DNA of 64,000 nt from Tubiluchus corallicola (lineage: Eukaryota; Animalia; Priapulida), in assembly GCA_030141605.1 (NCBI GenBank), contig JAQGDQ010000169.1, forward strand, positions 248,001 to 312,000, in the 5' to 3' direction. Positions 18,201 through 32,460 of this stretch are shown here, in pieces (position 1 is the first letter of the stretch; every line of letters begins with the position of its first letter). The notes under the pieces were generated by a model. The model was not told the DNA's origin. It saw nothing but the letters and a program-made list of their open reading frames with translations, and searched no databases. A program made the position numbers and the translations under genes.

Positions 18201-21200
18201 ATGAATATTTTCTTTTCTTTGTGGCTCCTTTTACTGTGTAATAAACAGAGGTGTTGATTTCTTGGGTATAAAATTTGCTATGATATCATACAAACAGAAT
18301 TGGGATCATTTGAGATATAAAGGTTGCCTAGCGTTAAGGAACTACTTTTTTTTAGAAGACTAATGTTATCGCATGAGCTTCATAAAAACTCTGAAGCACT
18401 GTTAGTGCAGCATATTGCATAGAAAACAAAATGACCAAGGTTTTTCTGACAAGTTTAGGTGTTCCTCATATGTAATGGTAAAATCAACAGTTTTTTTAGT
18501 TTATACAAGAGGAAGAAACAGGGCAAACTCTGCGTGGTTCCCCTTTGTACATGGCACCTGAGATGCTACTAAAACAGGAATATGATGCCAGGGTTGACTT
18601 ATGGTCTGTTGGAGTGATTATGTATGGTAATATTTTTTCTGTATATTAATTTGATAGTCAGGGTTTGACATGTTTTATTTAATATGTACATGTAACAATA
18701 TGACTTTACAACATACAAATAATAGTACACGTGTATTTGGCATAGTGGATAAGTATAGGCTTGGCATTGACAAGTGTAAATTGGTCTCTAACAGATCTGT
18801 TTAGTTTTTTATTATCCTGTTATTTTACGCTGTTGCAGAATGCTTATTTGGAAAAGCGCCATATGCATCCAAAAGCTGGGTGGAATTAGCAGAGAAAATT
18901 AAAAATCCTAGTCCTGTTGAAGTAAGTTTTTATCATCTTATATCTGATTACCAGTGATTACTATTCAATTTGGTAAACATCTTTTGAAAGTATTTATCTC
19001 TGAAGTTTAACAATATATAGTTTTCTTTCTGTTCCGTCTACAAAATTTTCTTTCTCTTTCTCTGAAAGTTATATTTGATATTCTAGATACCATTTGGTGT
19101 GGAAATTTCAGCTAGCTGTCGTGATTTGTTACTGCGATTATTAGAAAGAGATCCTAGGCAACGAATAACGTTTGATGACTTCTTTGCTCACCCTTTTCCT
19201 GACTTGGATCATGCTCCTTCAGCAGAGTGTATGCCAAAAGCTGTAAGTCAGAAATCATAATAAAAGTGCTGCTTGTACCTCTCTGGACGTACCTTGCATA
19301 TTTGAATTGGTGCAAGTTACTAGTAAGGGCCCCCAAATTACACTGCTTTAATTCTGATAAAATGGGGCAGTGTCTCCTGAACGTACCTTGCATTTTTGGT
19401 TTTGTGAACTTACTTGAAAAGGACGTCGGTTTATATTGATTCCCATTTCTTATGAACAGATCTTGTCTCATTACTCATAAGGCATTATTACTAGCACTGT
19501 TTACAGCATTAACGTTAGTGTGCCCAGAAATTATGACGGCAGTGCTAAGTAAATGTTGTAAGTAAGCAGTTAAGAAGATTCTTGTTAACTGCAAGAATTC
19601 ATGTTTCATTATACGTATTTATTTATTTTTTAACATCTGTTTACAACTGGAAGGGCAAAGGAAATAGCTGAATTTTTATGTGTGATTGCGTGAAAGTTAG
19701 GCAGCACCTTAGTAAGTTGGTTAGTATGTGGATAGCAATTGCGGGCACACTGCTTCTGCTTTCAACTCATTAAAGCAGGTTGTATACACATCTGTACTTG
19801 GTTCAAAATTAACACATCAGTCAGTTTATGATCTCATGTTAAAGGATTATCCTTGATAGTGAATTAGGTGCCAGCTTATCATAGTCATTTAATATTAGTA
19901 GTAACCTGTGTAAAATTAAATGCTGGATTTCAGCTTCTGTTTATGATATGCTGAAATGTTTAAATAGGGTATGGTGCACTAGATTTGTCCCAGTTTTACC
20001 ACAGCCTTGACAATCTCAAAATAAAAACGGTAGCAAGTTTAAGATTCAAAAATAATTAATGGTCCTTCAGCAAAATTAAATGTGAGCACATAAAATGTAC
20101 ATCACATTGTTTGATGACACTTTAGATTAATGATGCATTATCACTTGTCAAGCATCAGTAGTGATGTCTTTCTTTAACTTATTATACTGAGCTGTTTGTA
20201 GCCTTTTTTGCAAATAACTTTTCCCAGAACAAAAGTTTTAGTGAAAACCATTTCTTTTGAGTTTTTGAGTCTATGGATTAATACTAAGAGGGCTTATTTG
20301 CCTGAAGAGTTTTGTTTCACTAAACCAAGTATGCTTAACTGTTTTATGTGCTCAAAATGTTCAAGCTTATTATTATTTGTGCAGCCTTGCCGTGCTGGTT
20401 TGATTGCAGTACATTAATTATTGTCATGTTTGTTTAATAAGAACTGCTATGGAAATGAGTCCTTTGTGTTTAGTTTAAGTTTGCATTGCCCAGTGATGTT
20501 ATCGTTATTCTATAGCTAAACCCATTAGTAGATAAAATGCCCAAGAAACATTACAGAATTCCCTTAAAGTTGCGCTGCTAGAGTCTGTTTTTTCATTCGT
20601 ATTTAGTCTTAATTTAATGCTAATGGCAAATTAATGGCATAATCAATGGATACTTTTGCTTAGAAAGAGCATGTTTCTTAGATGTTATGATTGAAAAGTA
20701 ACTTTATTTATTAAAATGACGCATTTGCATTACGTCAGTATTAACACAACAACATTAGAAACACAGTATTGACATTTGCTATACCCTGTCGCTTAGTTTT
20801 CTCTACCCTTATTGTATTCATTAGTGCACCAATGTACTGCAGCTCAACTCAAAAATAAATCAATGCTGGAACTTGTAGCTAAGGCAACTCATATTTAATT
20901 TTAGGTTCATCTTGTCACAAATGCTGTAGAAAAGGACCGTCTAGGTGACACTCATGCTGCTATACGACTTTATTGTCAAGCCTTAGACTTCTTTGTTCCT
21001 GCAATTCAATGCAAGTAAAAAAATTCAGTTTTTTTTATTTATAGTACTGGTGTGTACTGTATACACTGACTTATTCTTAATTATAATGTTAAACCAATCT
21101 GCAAAATTAGTTTTTCTCTACGTGAAATTTAATTTGCTTAGTAGAATAAGCAGCATAATTTGAAGTTTTGCTGTTCAGATTAGAAACATCTTTTCATGGA

Positions 21201-24200
21201 GATATGCAAATGTAATGAGCTTTAAAATGTCTGAAACTTGTCACACTACAGGCTAAGTGTGATGGATGATACGATTAATAGTCGCAGAGAACAAGGCATG
21301 CAGTAAAGTTGTTGCTTGCATGATGAAATACTTGTGCTTCTCTTATACTTGTTTAAACAAGACTCACTGTTTTTCAAGTATTTGTCACAAATAAGCCACC
21401 TGACATTGAGATAAAGTGTTTAATTAAATTACTCTGTATACTCAATAGCAGAACCAGATTTCCTCTAGAGAATTTTATAAAAGCTGCGTGGTTAATTTCA
21501 GCTAAGAAATGTCGGATTTTATGAACTTGTGATTGTGCTGTAGTGAGAGGATATTGAAAAGCTCAGATGTCAACTGTGGAAGAACTGCTATGATTGTTTC
21601 ATTGGGTGGTGATGCTAGCTGAATTTAAAGCCATTGGACACTCATACTAGTGTATTTTTTCCTACTTAATGACTACTCCCTGCCACAGTTTGTCTAAGTA
21701 CTAAGTATGGCGCTATCTGGAAAGAAACAACACAGCGGTTGACACACATGATTGTTAAGTTTCGTTGATCTGATTTTGCAGTGTCATAAGTCTAAAAAGG
21801 TTGCAGCCTACCCCCAAAATAATTTTATTTAATTTTCGATTTTTGCAGATGAGCCAGATCAGAAAAAGCGAGAATTGTTAAGGAGCAAGGTTCAGCAGTA
21901 TGTTTCAAGGGCAGAGGAGTTGAAAGAGTTATTAGTGCCCAAAAAACAACTTAACTCAGGAATTAGCAGTGATAGTGCAGTCAGCAAACAAGATCTAGGT
22001 GCAATTTCATTGTTTTTAACGACTATAAATTTTTATTTTCTTGTCAATATTTAATTGTTTTAAGTTGCTAGCTAATTGCATATCTAAATTTCTACTTATT
22101 GTGCTCATTCTTGAGCTGTGCAAATTTTTTAGAACTAGTATTTAGTGTAAGCTGATTAGTATTCGTCAATTTCAGAAGTCACTATTTTTATTCTATTTGA
22201 ATTTTAGAAGCGTCTTTCTATTAATGATAATAAGCATCTAATTCATCTGAATAAATATTGTAATTGAATTTCATGTTTAACCGTGACCTTGGCTCTTAGG
22301 GCCACAACTATCTCACTTAATTCTCTTCCTTTTTAATACTGTGAGTCCTCAAACTTTTACTGACTAAGTCCTTACTATATTTCGAGTTGTAGGCTTCTGG
22401 CAGTCATTTATTAGTTGACTAACATTACTCCTATAAACTGAAGCTTAGAAAATGACTCATAAGCTTACAATAGATGGCTAGTATAAATATAAGATTTTTT
22501 TATAGTTTGTATGTACTATATTGTTTTGATTAGTTAAACTTCATTGTCGTACCACTGGTGATATTTTCTAAACTGATTTGCACAAGTTTCTTTTCTTTTG
22601 TGTTTAGTAAGGTTTGTGTTATTTCGATATTTATTATAAGCTATGTTTTTGGTATTTCAGAAGTTATAACAAGTGAAGATGTTAAGATAGCTGCTGCCTT
22701 AAAATTAATTGAGATTGCTGAATATAAGGTAACAGATCTTGCGATGTTGTTAAATGTAGTAGCAAATCTCAACGATTGATTTTTTGCTTTTTAATAGGAA
22801 AATGTGCATTTTCTATTTTTATTATTTGAAATACATCATGCAATTGGTACACAGTATTATTTATGGTAAAACCATTAATACTGTAGTTGACATATGGTGA
22901 ACGTTAATTGTTTAACTTACCCTAAGTTTGCATTTTGGTAACATTTTTATCCTTATCTTTCAGCTTATGCAAATGTAGTTGTGTATCCATGTAAATTTAG
23001 TATAAGTTGCATACCATACTTGTAGTCAAGCAATAGCTATAAAAAAAACTAGTTTTGGAAAGAAAAATGGATCTACCTTTTTGTTAAAATTGGACTAGCG
23101 GAGCCATTGAGTGGCTATTACTATTAATTTTTTGTTTGTTTTTTTACAGTAGTTGCAGTGACTTTTTAAAATTTATTGATTTTCTGTTGTGTTCAAATTT
23201 GGTTTGCTTTGTTGTGAACTTAGTTGTAAAAACTGTAAAACAGTTATTGCTAAATGAACAAAAATGTAAGTTTAAATATGTAACTCTTTTATTGTTATTC
23301 ATTAGATAAGTCATTTAAAAGTTCTAGTATTATTATGAAGCTATTCTCTGTGGTACAACTACAGTGGTGCACGTACAACAGCAACTGTACAAATTCTACA
23401 TTTCAGTATCTGTAAATCAGCATCTGTTTGTGGAATATGTGCAAAGAGTGCCTTTTTTATGAAAACTGAAACTTACTGTAGTAGTTTATAATTTTAATTT
23501 TAGGATAAACACGAAAAGTATGAAGAAGCACTGGAAAAGTATGAGATGGCCTTAGGTGCCCTTCTACCTATTCTAGCAGCTCAAGAACCTGGTTCTAAAA
23601 AAGATGTTATAGTTCACTTTGTAAGTCGTCTAAGATTCTTTTTTTGTATACTACAAAAGGTTCCTTATTTGAATAATTTTTTTTATGTTCTTGGTTGTAC
23701 ATTCAAGTAAGTTCTTAATTGCGTATTATTAGTTATTGCTTCTTTTGGAAGATACTCCCAGGTGCTCTCGTCACTGGTTTCTAATTGCCCGAGAGTCTAT
23801 TTGTAGTATTCATCCTTCTGTTTAATCTGTTGCTCCTCATATTCTAACACTGGACAGTCATAGATGTACAACAGCTGTTTGTAAATCCAGTTTTTTCCCT
23901 CAGTTTCTCTACCAGGAAATTGTTTCCATAAAAACTACACTCTCACCTGACTCAAAAATAACATCTACAGATTTCTCGTACCACTAGCTAATTAGTTATA
24001 TGAGTTTTAAGCAGTAATTTTTTAAAATAACAATAGGTGCACCAAATTACATTAGACAGATGCGTGTATTGATTTTTTAAGATTATTTTCAAACTGCCTG
24101 GATTCCAGCAGTTTAACCTGAAGCTGCTAGTCCAATTAATTTTTTTCCCCAATGCCTTTTTGTGATCACTTTTCTTGAAAATGTGTAATTTTTCATGTTT

Positions 24201-24748
24201 TGCAGGTCGATAAATGGATGTCTAGAGGAGAAACTATAAAATCTTATTTAGAGTTTAGGAAATTGGAAATACAGAAGGATAAGTTTGACTATGATTTGCA
24301 GGATAATTTAACTGATTCATTTTTTTCTAGTAAGTCTTTCTTTCCTCTTTTACAACTTATACTTATGTTCTATAACAATAGAATCTTGAATAGATTTTGG
24401 GATTTTTGAAGATATCATAAATTGTAACTACAAAGAAGTGCATTTTAAAACATTTAAAAGAGTGAGAATCAAAGTAGCTCATATTCCTTTGTTTAATGTT
24501 CGTTTAATGATTTTTACATTATAGTTTTTGTACAGCTAACTGTGTCTTATGTATTTATCTGCACATTTTAGTTTTATAATGCTGTTTAACACTGATACTG
24601 TTGCGATTCTTGACAGAATTTTTTAATTTAATAAGTGTATTTTGTAAAAAATGTTGATTCTTTACTTTTTCTATGACAAACTTCTAGTATTTCAATAAAA
24701 ATAATTCAAATTTTTGTTTCAGAAAACCCTCAGTGTGTTATCCAGTAA
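15266..24748 (+). CDS. ULK3: Serine/threonine kinase ULK3 (kinase + two MIT domains + CaaX), 13 exons, about 479 aa
   Basis: Exons 15266-15364, 16445-16585, 16891-17011, 17761-17882, 18500-18626, 18839-18921, 19087-19242, 20905-21010, 21849-21998, 22661-22728, 23504-23620, 24206-24329, 24723-24748 (1440 nt, all phases compatible). Motifs [52 protein letters not shown]-like [30 protein letters not shown]-terminal CVIQ. These match ULK3 as I recall it. Confidence 0.93.
15737..16358. mobile_element. MITE-like element (Tc1/pogo-type) in ULK3 intron 1
   Basis: Imperfect inverted ends ta|CAGTAGGCACCGATAAATAGACAC and GTGAGTCTAATAAATGGCACCTACTC|ta, flanked by TA; no coding capacity. Confidence 0.4.
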
Positions 24749-25046
24749 TATTTGGTAATTTTATGCTACTCTGACTGTGATACGATCATGTCTTCAAAAT
24801 ACGTGTGACATTGTGGTGCCACTAGTCATCAGTGATTTGCCTCAACTATGTTGTTGTTTGTGAATTTTACATAAATTCAATTTAGTAATGTGTGAGACCA
24901 ACAATTTATTATTTTTACTTTATTATGTACCGAGATTTGCTATAATATCTCTTGTGAATGTTAAAGGGGATATTATGCTGCAGTTCTTAAAACAGTATTG
25001 CGCTTTGATGCACATACATTTCAGATAAAAATGATCATCATTAATA

Positions 25047-25132
25047 TAGAAATATATATAGTATATATACATATAGTGTAGAAATATATATAGTATATAT
25101 ACATATAGTATAGAAATATATATAGTATATAT
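25047..25132. repeat. 32-bp AT-rich tandem repeat (about 2.7 copies) in the probable ULK3 3' UTR
   Basis: TAGAAATATATATAGTATATATACATATAGTR units start at 25047, 25079 and 25111. Confidence 0.8.
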
Positions 25133-28100
25133 TTCTGGGTCTGGTTCTACTTTCAAGTCTTTTTCTATTCTCTTTAAATTACAAAGCTCTTTTCTAAAAC
25201 ATCAAGTGTTTGTCAGCTATACGTAAGGCTTGTTAGTTATTGTTACTTTAGCAAAAGTGATGTATATTGGAAATTTAGGACAGTGTTAATAATCTTGTAC
25301 CACTGTGGTGAAAAAGTATAAATTTCGTTTTTGTTGTCTGTAATTAGTTCATTTTCAATGTATTTATATTATGTGGTGTATTGCTGAAGGCTCAGTATAA
25401 CTAAATAATCCAGTTCTATTTACTGTCAAGCTAGTAACTATTTACTATCAATAATGATATTGCCATTACCTTCCTTTGTGTTAGTGTTATTATACTAAAT
25501 ATTTAGACATCTGTACTTCATGAATGGTATGTGTATGTCTCACAGTAAGAGTCATTTCAAATATTATGATTTGTGTCACAGATACTGATGTAAACAAGTA
25601 ATGGAGAATATTCTTTTTATGCTATTGCTGCTTGCATTATGTGAACAAACACTGTGTCAGCAAATATTGCATCGTGTATGGTTGTCTGATGCATAGTTAG
25701 CAGAATTCTTAGGATGACATGCAGAATTAAATAGTCTGCAGTCTAATATATTGTATACTTTGTTTTATTTTGTATTTATATATGTTTTTGTCTATGTGAT
25801 ATAAGTTGATTTTTATAAACAGAAATGATCAATTTACAAATGTTAATTTTGCCATATTTTCAAATTTCAAATGTTATTTATTTCCATTTGTATTGCTATG
25901 TCAAGATGGTGAGCTTCAATAAATACAACCAGTAGTAAGAATTCATTTTCTGGTTAAGCTATTTTTTCATTAGCTTGACAAATTAAGTATCCATGATCTG
26001 TTTCATTTGAGCATTGCACAGATCAATGATAGTTAACGCCTTCAAAATAACGTTAGTTTACTATTGTTAACTTCATGTTATACAACCTTTTCTGTTGGTA
26101 GAAAAAACTTGCTTAATTTCTTCTTTGGCAGTGGAGTTTAGTCAGAATATATTAGCTTATTCTTGGGTGATGCATGTAAAATTCCTTTGCAAGTATCCAA
26201 AGATTTTTTTAAAAGGTTATAATTACTACTGTTGTATCTTACACAGAATTGCTACAGTGATACAGTCATAAATGCATGATAAGCGATTTTATCAGATATG
26301 ATAAGATGAACTTTAGTAACATTAGCCATGAGGCTATTTTCTGGCAATGAACTAAAGCTACAAAACAAAACAAAACAAATAATGATACAGTGAACAATTA
26401 GATCCACAGTACCATCTATTATAGTGGCAAAATTGGCAGTTACACGAGTTAACATAGAATGAAGGCAAATTGGTTCATGATATCTATAATTTGCCTCTAT
26501 TATTATAATGACAAAATCGGGCAATAACATGACTTGCGGTAATTCTTCAGAATATCTAGTTAAGTCTAGGATTTGAGCAGTCCAACTTATCTGATATCAG
26601 CATATTTGCATAAAATACATTTACACGAAGGACCTTTCCATTTCTTTTACAAAACCAGCTGTACTGTTCATATTCATCGACATCTCATTCCACAGAACTG
26701 GATCAGAGTACGCAGTTGACTTTTTGCCAAATTTAATAGCATCATATCGACAAATGGTCATCTAGTTTATTATCAAATTTCTTTTCACGTTTATAGTATT
26801 TTCTTAAACAGTTCACATATGAAAGATGGCGCAAGACCATTTACTGCGTTAAATACTCATTCAATACATATAACCCTAACACTCTTTCCTGAATACATTC
26901 TAGGTTTTTTGTATCATTTTCTCTGCAAAAACGCCTTACAACTGCATATTAAAATGCGATTTAGATATAGTCAATAAAATTTAGATTTTTTTTTCGATAT
27001 AGTCATCTAATTGTTTTTATGCAAAAAGTTAGTTAATCTTAAATGCATTTAGTTGCTTCGAGACTTTTTTGCATTGATTATTATAATTATATGATTGGAA
27101 ACGCTTAAGTTAGTGTCTATGTATGCACCATTTAACTTCATGCGTGACATAGATCAATTTAGTTGGCTTCAGTTTACGATCACAAATGTCAATCACGTTT
27201 CTACCAACAATCAATGTTTGAAACTTATCAGAATTTGCTTTTGGAGAAACCTAGTTTAAAATGGAATAGCAAGTTAGTTATAACGATTAATAAGCGTGTT
27301 TTCAAATTTCCGAAACTTTACTCAGAAGTTTGGTTAACTTTTACATGTACTCATATGTGATATATTTTTCAGAGAAAACTCACTTGCATTCACAGCAATG
27401 CGAAATAATCAATATTTGTAATCACTAGGTGAGGTGTAAAGTTTAATTTCATAATAATATATGGTCTCTACAACGTATGTTGAAATATCTTTGTCACTAT
27501 AAATATTTACAAGTATTGTTCAATTTAAGCATAGTGATTTTGATTTTTAATTACTGCTCAAAAGCCAACGCCTTGTGTATTATCGAATGCATTTAAGCTT
27601 TTAGCCCATTTAAGTTAGTGGATGGTAAGCCTACAATTTGCAGACATATGGCTAAGTCACTTTCCTCGTGTTTCAATACTGAGTCACTTTTACTGATGGC
27701 AGGATATATTAATAATACGAAACATACATGTCAAATGATTTGCCATTATTTCTGCAAAAGCTTAAGTATTAGTTTTTATACTGTTCAGGCAAGTGAAATA
27801 ACTATTTAAGTTACTAAAATCGAAGGTTATTTCTGAGCCATTTCCATTCTCCAACTCCCTGTATCGACTCTTCTCTGGTTGCTGAGTTCCTTCTTGTAAG
27901 CATTTCCTAATGGCAAACTTGGTAAGTGAACCATTAAAGGTTTTTTCTAAAGGCAGAAGTGTTTGTTGTGTTATACTCAGGTCCTTTTCCAATGACAGAA
28001 AAGCCTATTGTATTTTAGCATTATATAGATTAATTTGATAATTATTAATTTTGAAAGATTTGAGGTTATTGGCTCAAGCAAACTGCAACAAACAAGAAAG

Positions 28101-29411
28101 GATTAAGACAGCAAAAGTTCCAATTCAATAATAAACCATACACAGAGCACTTGTGGACATTAATACTAGAAATAGATGCACTGTAAAACGTTTTGAACCA
28201 ATGCAGTTTTTATAATTGTGACTTCTGACAATCGTGATTTGTAAATCGTGTCATGAAATTTGTTTTAAACTGCTACTACCGTTTTGAAAGCTTTTAACCG
28301 GCTAAGTTAACTTCTTCAACTTGCAATGTGGATGATTTTCGGCACTAAGCTTAATTTCATAATTTCTTAATATTGTTTTTTATCAAGAGCTTTGAAGCCT
28401 TTCACGAATTTAGACAGTTTGTTATTGAAAAAAAACTGCATTTAATGCTGTCACTTAAAACGTGGTTTTGTGGTCATTTCCTAGTTGTTCTTAAAACAAA
28501 ACTTGGAGTTTCCCTTTATAAAACTTTTCAGTTCCGTTTGTTTTGCGGCAGAGCAGTTTCCCATTTATGTTTGCTAGATTACCTAGCGGTTAGTTGCATT
28601 TACTCTGCCCCCGATTTCAACTAATTTAGGTCTTTGCCCAATAATTTGAGGTTGACAAACGTCAACTGACCATCGTGAAAAATTGGATTAAATAATTTGA
28701 TTACTCTCGAAGAGTAGATAGTTTGCTCCGAGTCAATAGGCGAGCGTAGGAGAGAAATGGTGACAATTTATCAACAATGAATGAAATTTCTAGAGTGGGA
28801 AGCAAAACGGCATTGGCAAGACTGCAAGTTGAGCTTAAACCATAAACCATTTTCATGTATGATCATTTGAGCATGCCACATACACTTGTAGTAATAAGAA
28901 GCAAACACTGTATAATATTCAACGTGACGTAGCTGTCTTCTCGGGGAAGCTATATGAAAAATTAATAATAAGTGCGTCCAGCTGCGTGTTTATACGTGAT
29001 TCCCGTGGACTGAAGGGACAATCGTCCTTGGCTTCTACGCGTAACAGCTTCACTTGCCCGAGAATCCGGAGCCGCGCAGTTCAAAGGAGCTGAACGCGTT
29101 AAACCAGCTGGAATAATCCACTCTTTGTGTATATTCGCTGTAAAGTTATCAGGATATTTGGCTAAATGATTCGAAATGGACATGTGTAAATCAATAAATA
29201 TAACATGAAGAGTATGTTAAAAAGTCATCTCCGTAGTTGTGTTTGTTAACATTATAGGCGTGCGTTCTTCCTATTTTTGGTGTGCTTTGTGATATATGTC
29301 CTTTTCGTGCTGAATATTATCGCGATTTTTTTATACCTCAGCTGACGAATTCGTGGTAACGATGGCTGGCATTTTGAATACTTAATAGTTTTAACAGCTA
29401 TAAAGTGTCTA

Positions 29412-32400
29412 GCAGCGTGTTACAACTAATGGTGTAATAGTCCGTTAATGTAATATAAAATTAAAAAATCAACTCATAATGTAATAAAAATCAAAACATT
29501 TAATGTAAAAACTAAGCGATAACTTAATAAAAAACTAACGCATAATGTAAGACTACCAAACTGATAATGTAATAACAAAAATTATAACCGATAATGTAAT
29601 AACATAATGTAATAGCTAGCTGTATTAATGTTATTTGGTACCAGGGGTGAAGTGCTGTGGGAATAGCGTGGAAAAATTAGGTGTCAGCATAACCAGGGTT
29701 TGCATGAAAATGGCTTCACGTGCCAGATATAAACATCAGGGAGTTTAGAGTAAGGTAACATTGTTGATTTTGTATTATCATAGTCTTCTTAGGTGACATT
29801 GATACCCATTACCTAAATTATTTAATCCCGTTATAAAAGAAACTTATCTAGAAAAATATTAGTAACATTGATTAGAATCAAATTATCACGGCAAATTAAC
29901 ATATAGGATAGGTCATACTCGTCGTAAAAAGTTCCCTCACGAGTTTTACAGAAAAGCCAAAAGAGAATTTGCGTGAAATCGGGAAAGTTCAGAATCAGAT
30001 AAAAACAGTATCTATATTAGTGATGCTCAGTGCGACATGCATATAGTTTAGGTCACGTATCAGTTTTTCACCATTCTTTTTATGAATTTTAGGTTAACTC
30101 ATTTTAGTTAAAACGGAAGTAATCGGAAGTAATCGATCCTGAAGTAATTTCGATATTTCCGTATCGAAGGTAATATCAACACTTTCGATGCAGAATTCTA
30201 TCGAATGTACCGTATTACGAGTGTTATTATTATGGTTGCAAATGTACACATTTAAATGTCGTCTGTTAGTCGCAAAACGGTTTGGCATTCACTTCAGAAT
30301 TTTTGCACTTAATTGCAAGGACACCTCTTGATATTCAAAGGCCTCCTCTATCTGTTGTGCAAAATGTTATTGCTCACCATTGTGTGCTATCTAGTTTTTG
30401 TACAGCCATAGTGTAAGCGACCGCAGATACCCTGCTTCGAAATTACAAGTTGATAAATGCGATAACTGAAGTTGGTATGGCATATTTTTAATAGGTTGAC
30501 ATGTTCAAAGAATTAATGTTATTCGTTCAAAAAACCAAAGTATTTAAATTTGTGTGATTGGCAATATTTTGAAATAGTAGGTAAGATATTTGTGCTTAAA
30601 TTAAAGCGTTTGTTTGTAAAAAAGCATCATTGTGCTTATGTACTTCCATGTACAAAATTATTTTGGAACGGCAAAGGTCCCCGGGGGACTTGTTGCCTCG
30701 TGGTGTGGGGCAAAACGTCCCTCTGCTAAAATTAACTAGTTTCAACCCTACATCGAAACAAAACAGTCAGTGAACCTAATATCTTGTAGATTAGCTATAT
30801 ATTACATAACAACACCTTGCGAAAATTACAAGTCAACGCATTAGATATGGCCTCAGTAGGCTCTGAAACCTAAAGGGCCTGCGGCTTCCACCTTACCCTA
30901 ATTAACATGAAGATGCTGTAAAATGCTTACAGAAGTTTAATGGGATTTACTAATTTACATCAAAATAGCTGTGTTTACTCAGCTATCTGCATAAGCAACA
31001 TTGTACAGGAATTCAAAAAATTGTCTTAACTTGTTTGAAAGCTGAAGCCTCAGGTTTTCTGTTTCCTGTCGGGACTGGAGTATTCGAATGAGGTATATTT
31101 AATGATGAATATGGATAAACTGCATTGACACTTAAATCTATTATAACACTTTCATTTCCAATATAACTATGATGTGCAGTCGAATGTTTAACTTCCTATT
31201 ATATGAAAAAATGTTTTATTAAATATACAATTTTACCATTTGCATTAAATTTTGCGTTGTTTCGATATGTACATCAGTCTATCTACTCAGACACTGTCAA
31301 ATGTTCATTGAAAATCACTGCAAACTGCTAAAACCAGGCAAATGTTGTCATAAATTATCGCACTAATGCCACTAAATATCTATTGGTTTTAGGATTTTTA
31401 GTACGAAGAAATTGACAAAGGACGAAAGCTTGAAGGGCCCGCGTAAATTTTTCTTTAGGTGCAAAGATCATTTTAGACAGGCTTCATGGCCACACCCCTA
31501 AATTTAAACACAAATTTAGCAATTGAAGACCAAAAACCTTAGATGTCTTCTGCTGCTTATTCAAGTTTCCTCTGTAGTTGCTACAAGTTTAGACATTAGG
31601 TCATGACAAAAATTTATTATTTACAGCATTGCTAGCATTATTGAAAACATTCAGTAAGTTATCCACGACTGATTATTTCCATCTTTTGTCAAAATCTGTA
31701 TTTATGATATAGGTCTCCACTTAAAAAATGTCTACATAAAATATCACAAATGTTCTTTTCTCAGTGTGAACTGCCACATTTATCTCTAGCACGCAGATGT
31801 CTGTGGTTTTATTCAGACAAAAGATCTTTTTGTATCACTTCCAAAATTCGCTGGAGAGAGAGTTCTCATAAAAATCATTTATCTGCAGATTTCTGAAGCT
31901 CAGAAGCTCTCTTTGAGCAGAATTACCGAATTCAAGCGAAACGGACCTACCTATCTACCTACTCACCCACCTACCTACCTACCTACCTACCTACCTACTT
32001 ACCTGCCTACCTGCCTGTCTGCCTAACTACCTACCTACCTATATACATACATACATACACACATACATACATATATATATATATACCTATATATAGGTAT
32101 GTATGTATGTATGTAGGTAGGTAGGTAGGTAGATAGGTAGGTATATTTATATACGTATATGTATGTAGCAGGTAAGTATATTTATGCGTATATATATATA
32201 TATATAAATATATATATTTATTTATTATTATATATTTATATATTATATATTTATTATATATATATTTATTATATATATATATATTTATATATATATATAT
32301 ATATATATAATAAATATGCGTTAGTTTTTCATGGCATTATTAATTAATTTTGTTACATTACTCGGTTATTTATTACATTATGCATGACTTTTTTATAATA

Positions 32401-32460
32401 TACTTTAATTTTTGGTATTACAATATTGGGCGTTTATTACATTATCAGTTATAACACTGC
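29412..32460. mobile_element. Possible 3-kb non-autonomous DNA element bounded by inverted arrays of TAATGTAATA
   Basis: 29412-29635 has repeated ATAATGTAATA; 32320-32460 has the reverse complement (TATTACATTAT) plus a shared AAAAACTAACGCAT block in opposite orientation. The outer ends resemble each other (CAGCGTGTTACAACT vs revcomp CAGTGTTATAACT). Confidence 0.45.
31945..32310. repeat. Compound microsatellite (CCTA)n(CATA)n(TA)n(TATG)n(TAGG)n then (TA)-rich
   Basis: Directly visible; the first part is arranged as an inverted repeat centred near 32091. Confidence 0.9.

Noticed and set aside
20111-20192. Possible intronic C/D-box snoRNA in ULK3 intron 7 (TTGATGA/ATGATGC...CTGA)
   Set aside because: Imperfect C box, no terminal stem and no rRNA complementarity I could recognise.
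26252-27992. Minus-strand ORFs 26252..26530 and 27762..27992
   Set aside because: No recognisable motifs and no consistent splice-site chain.
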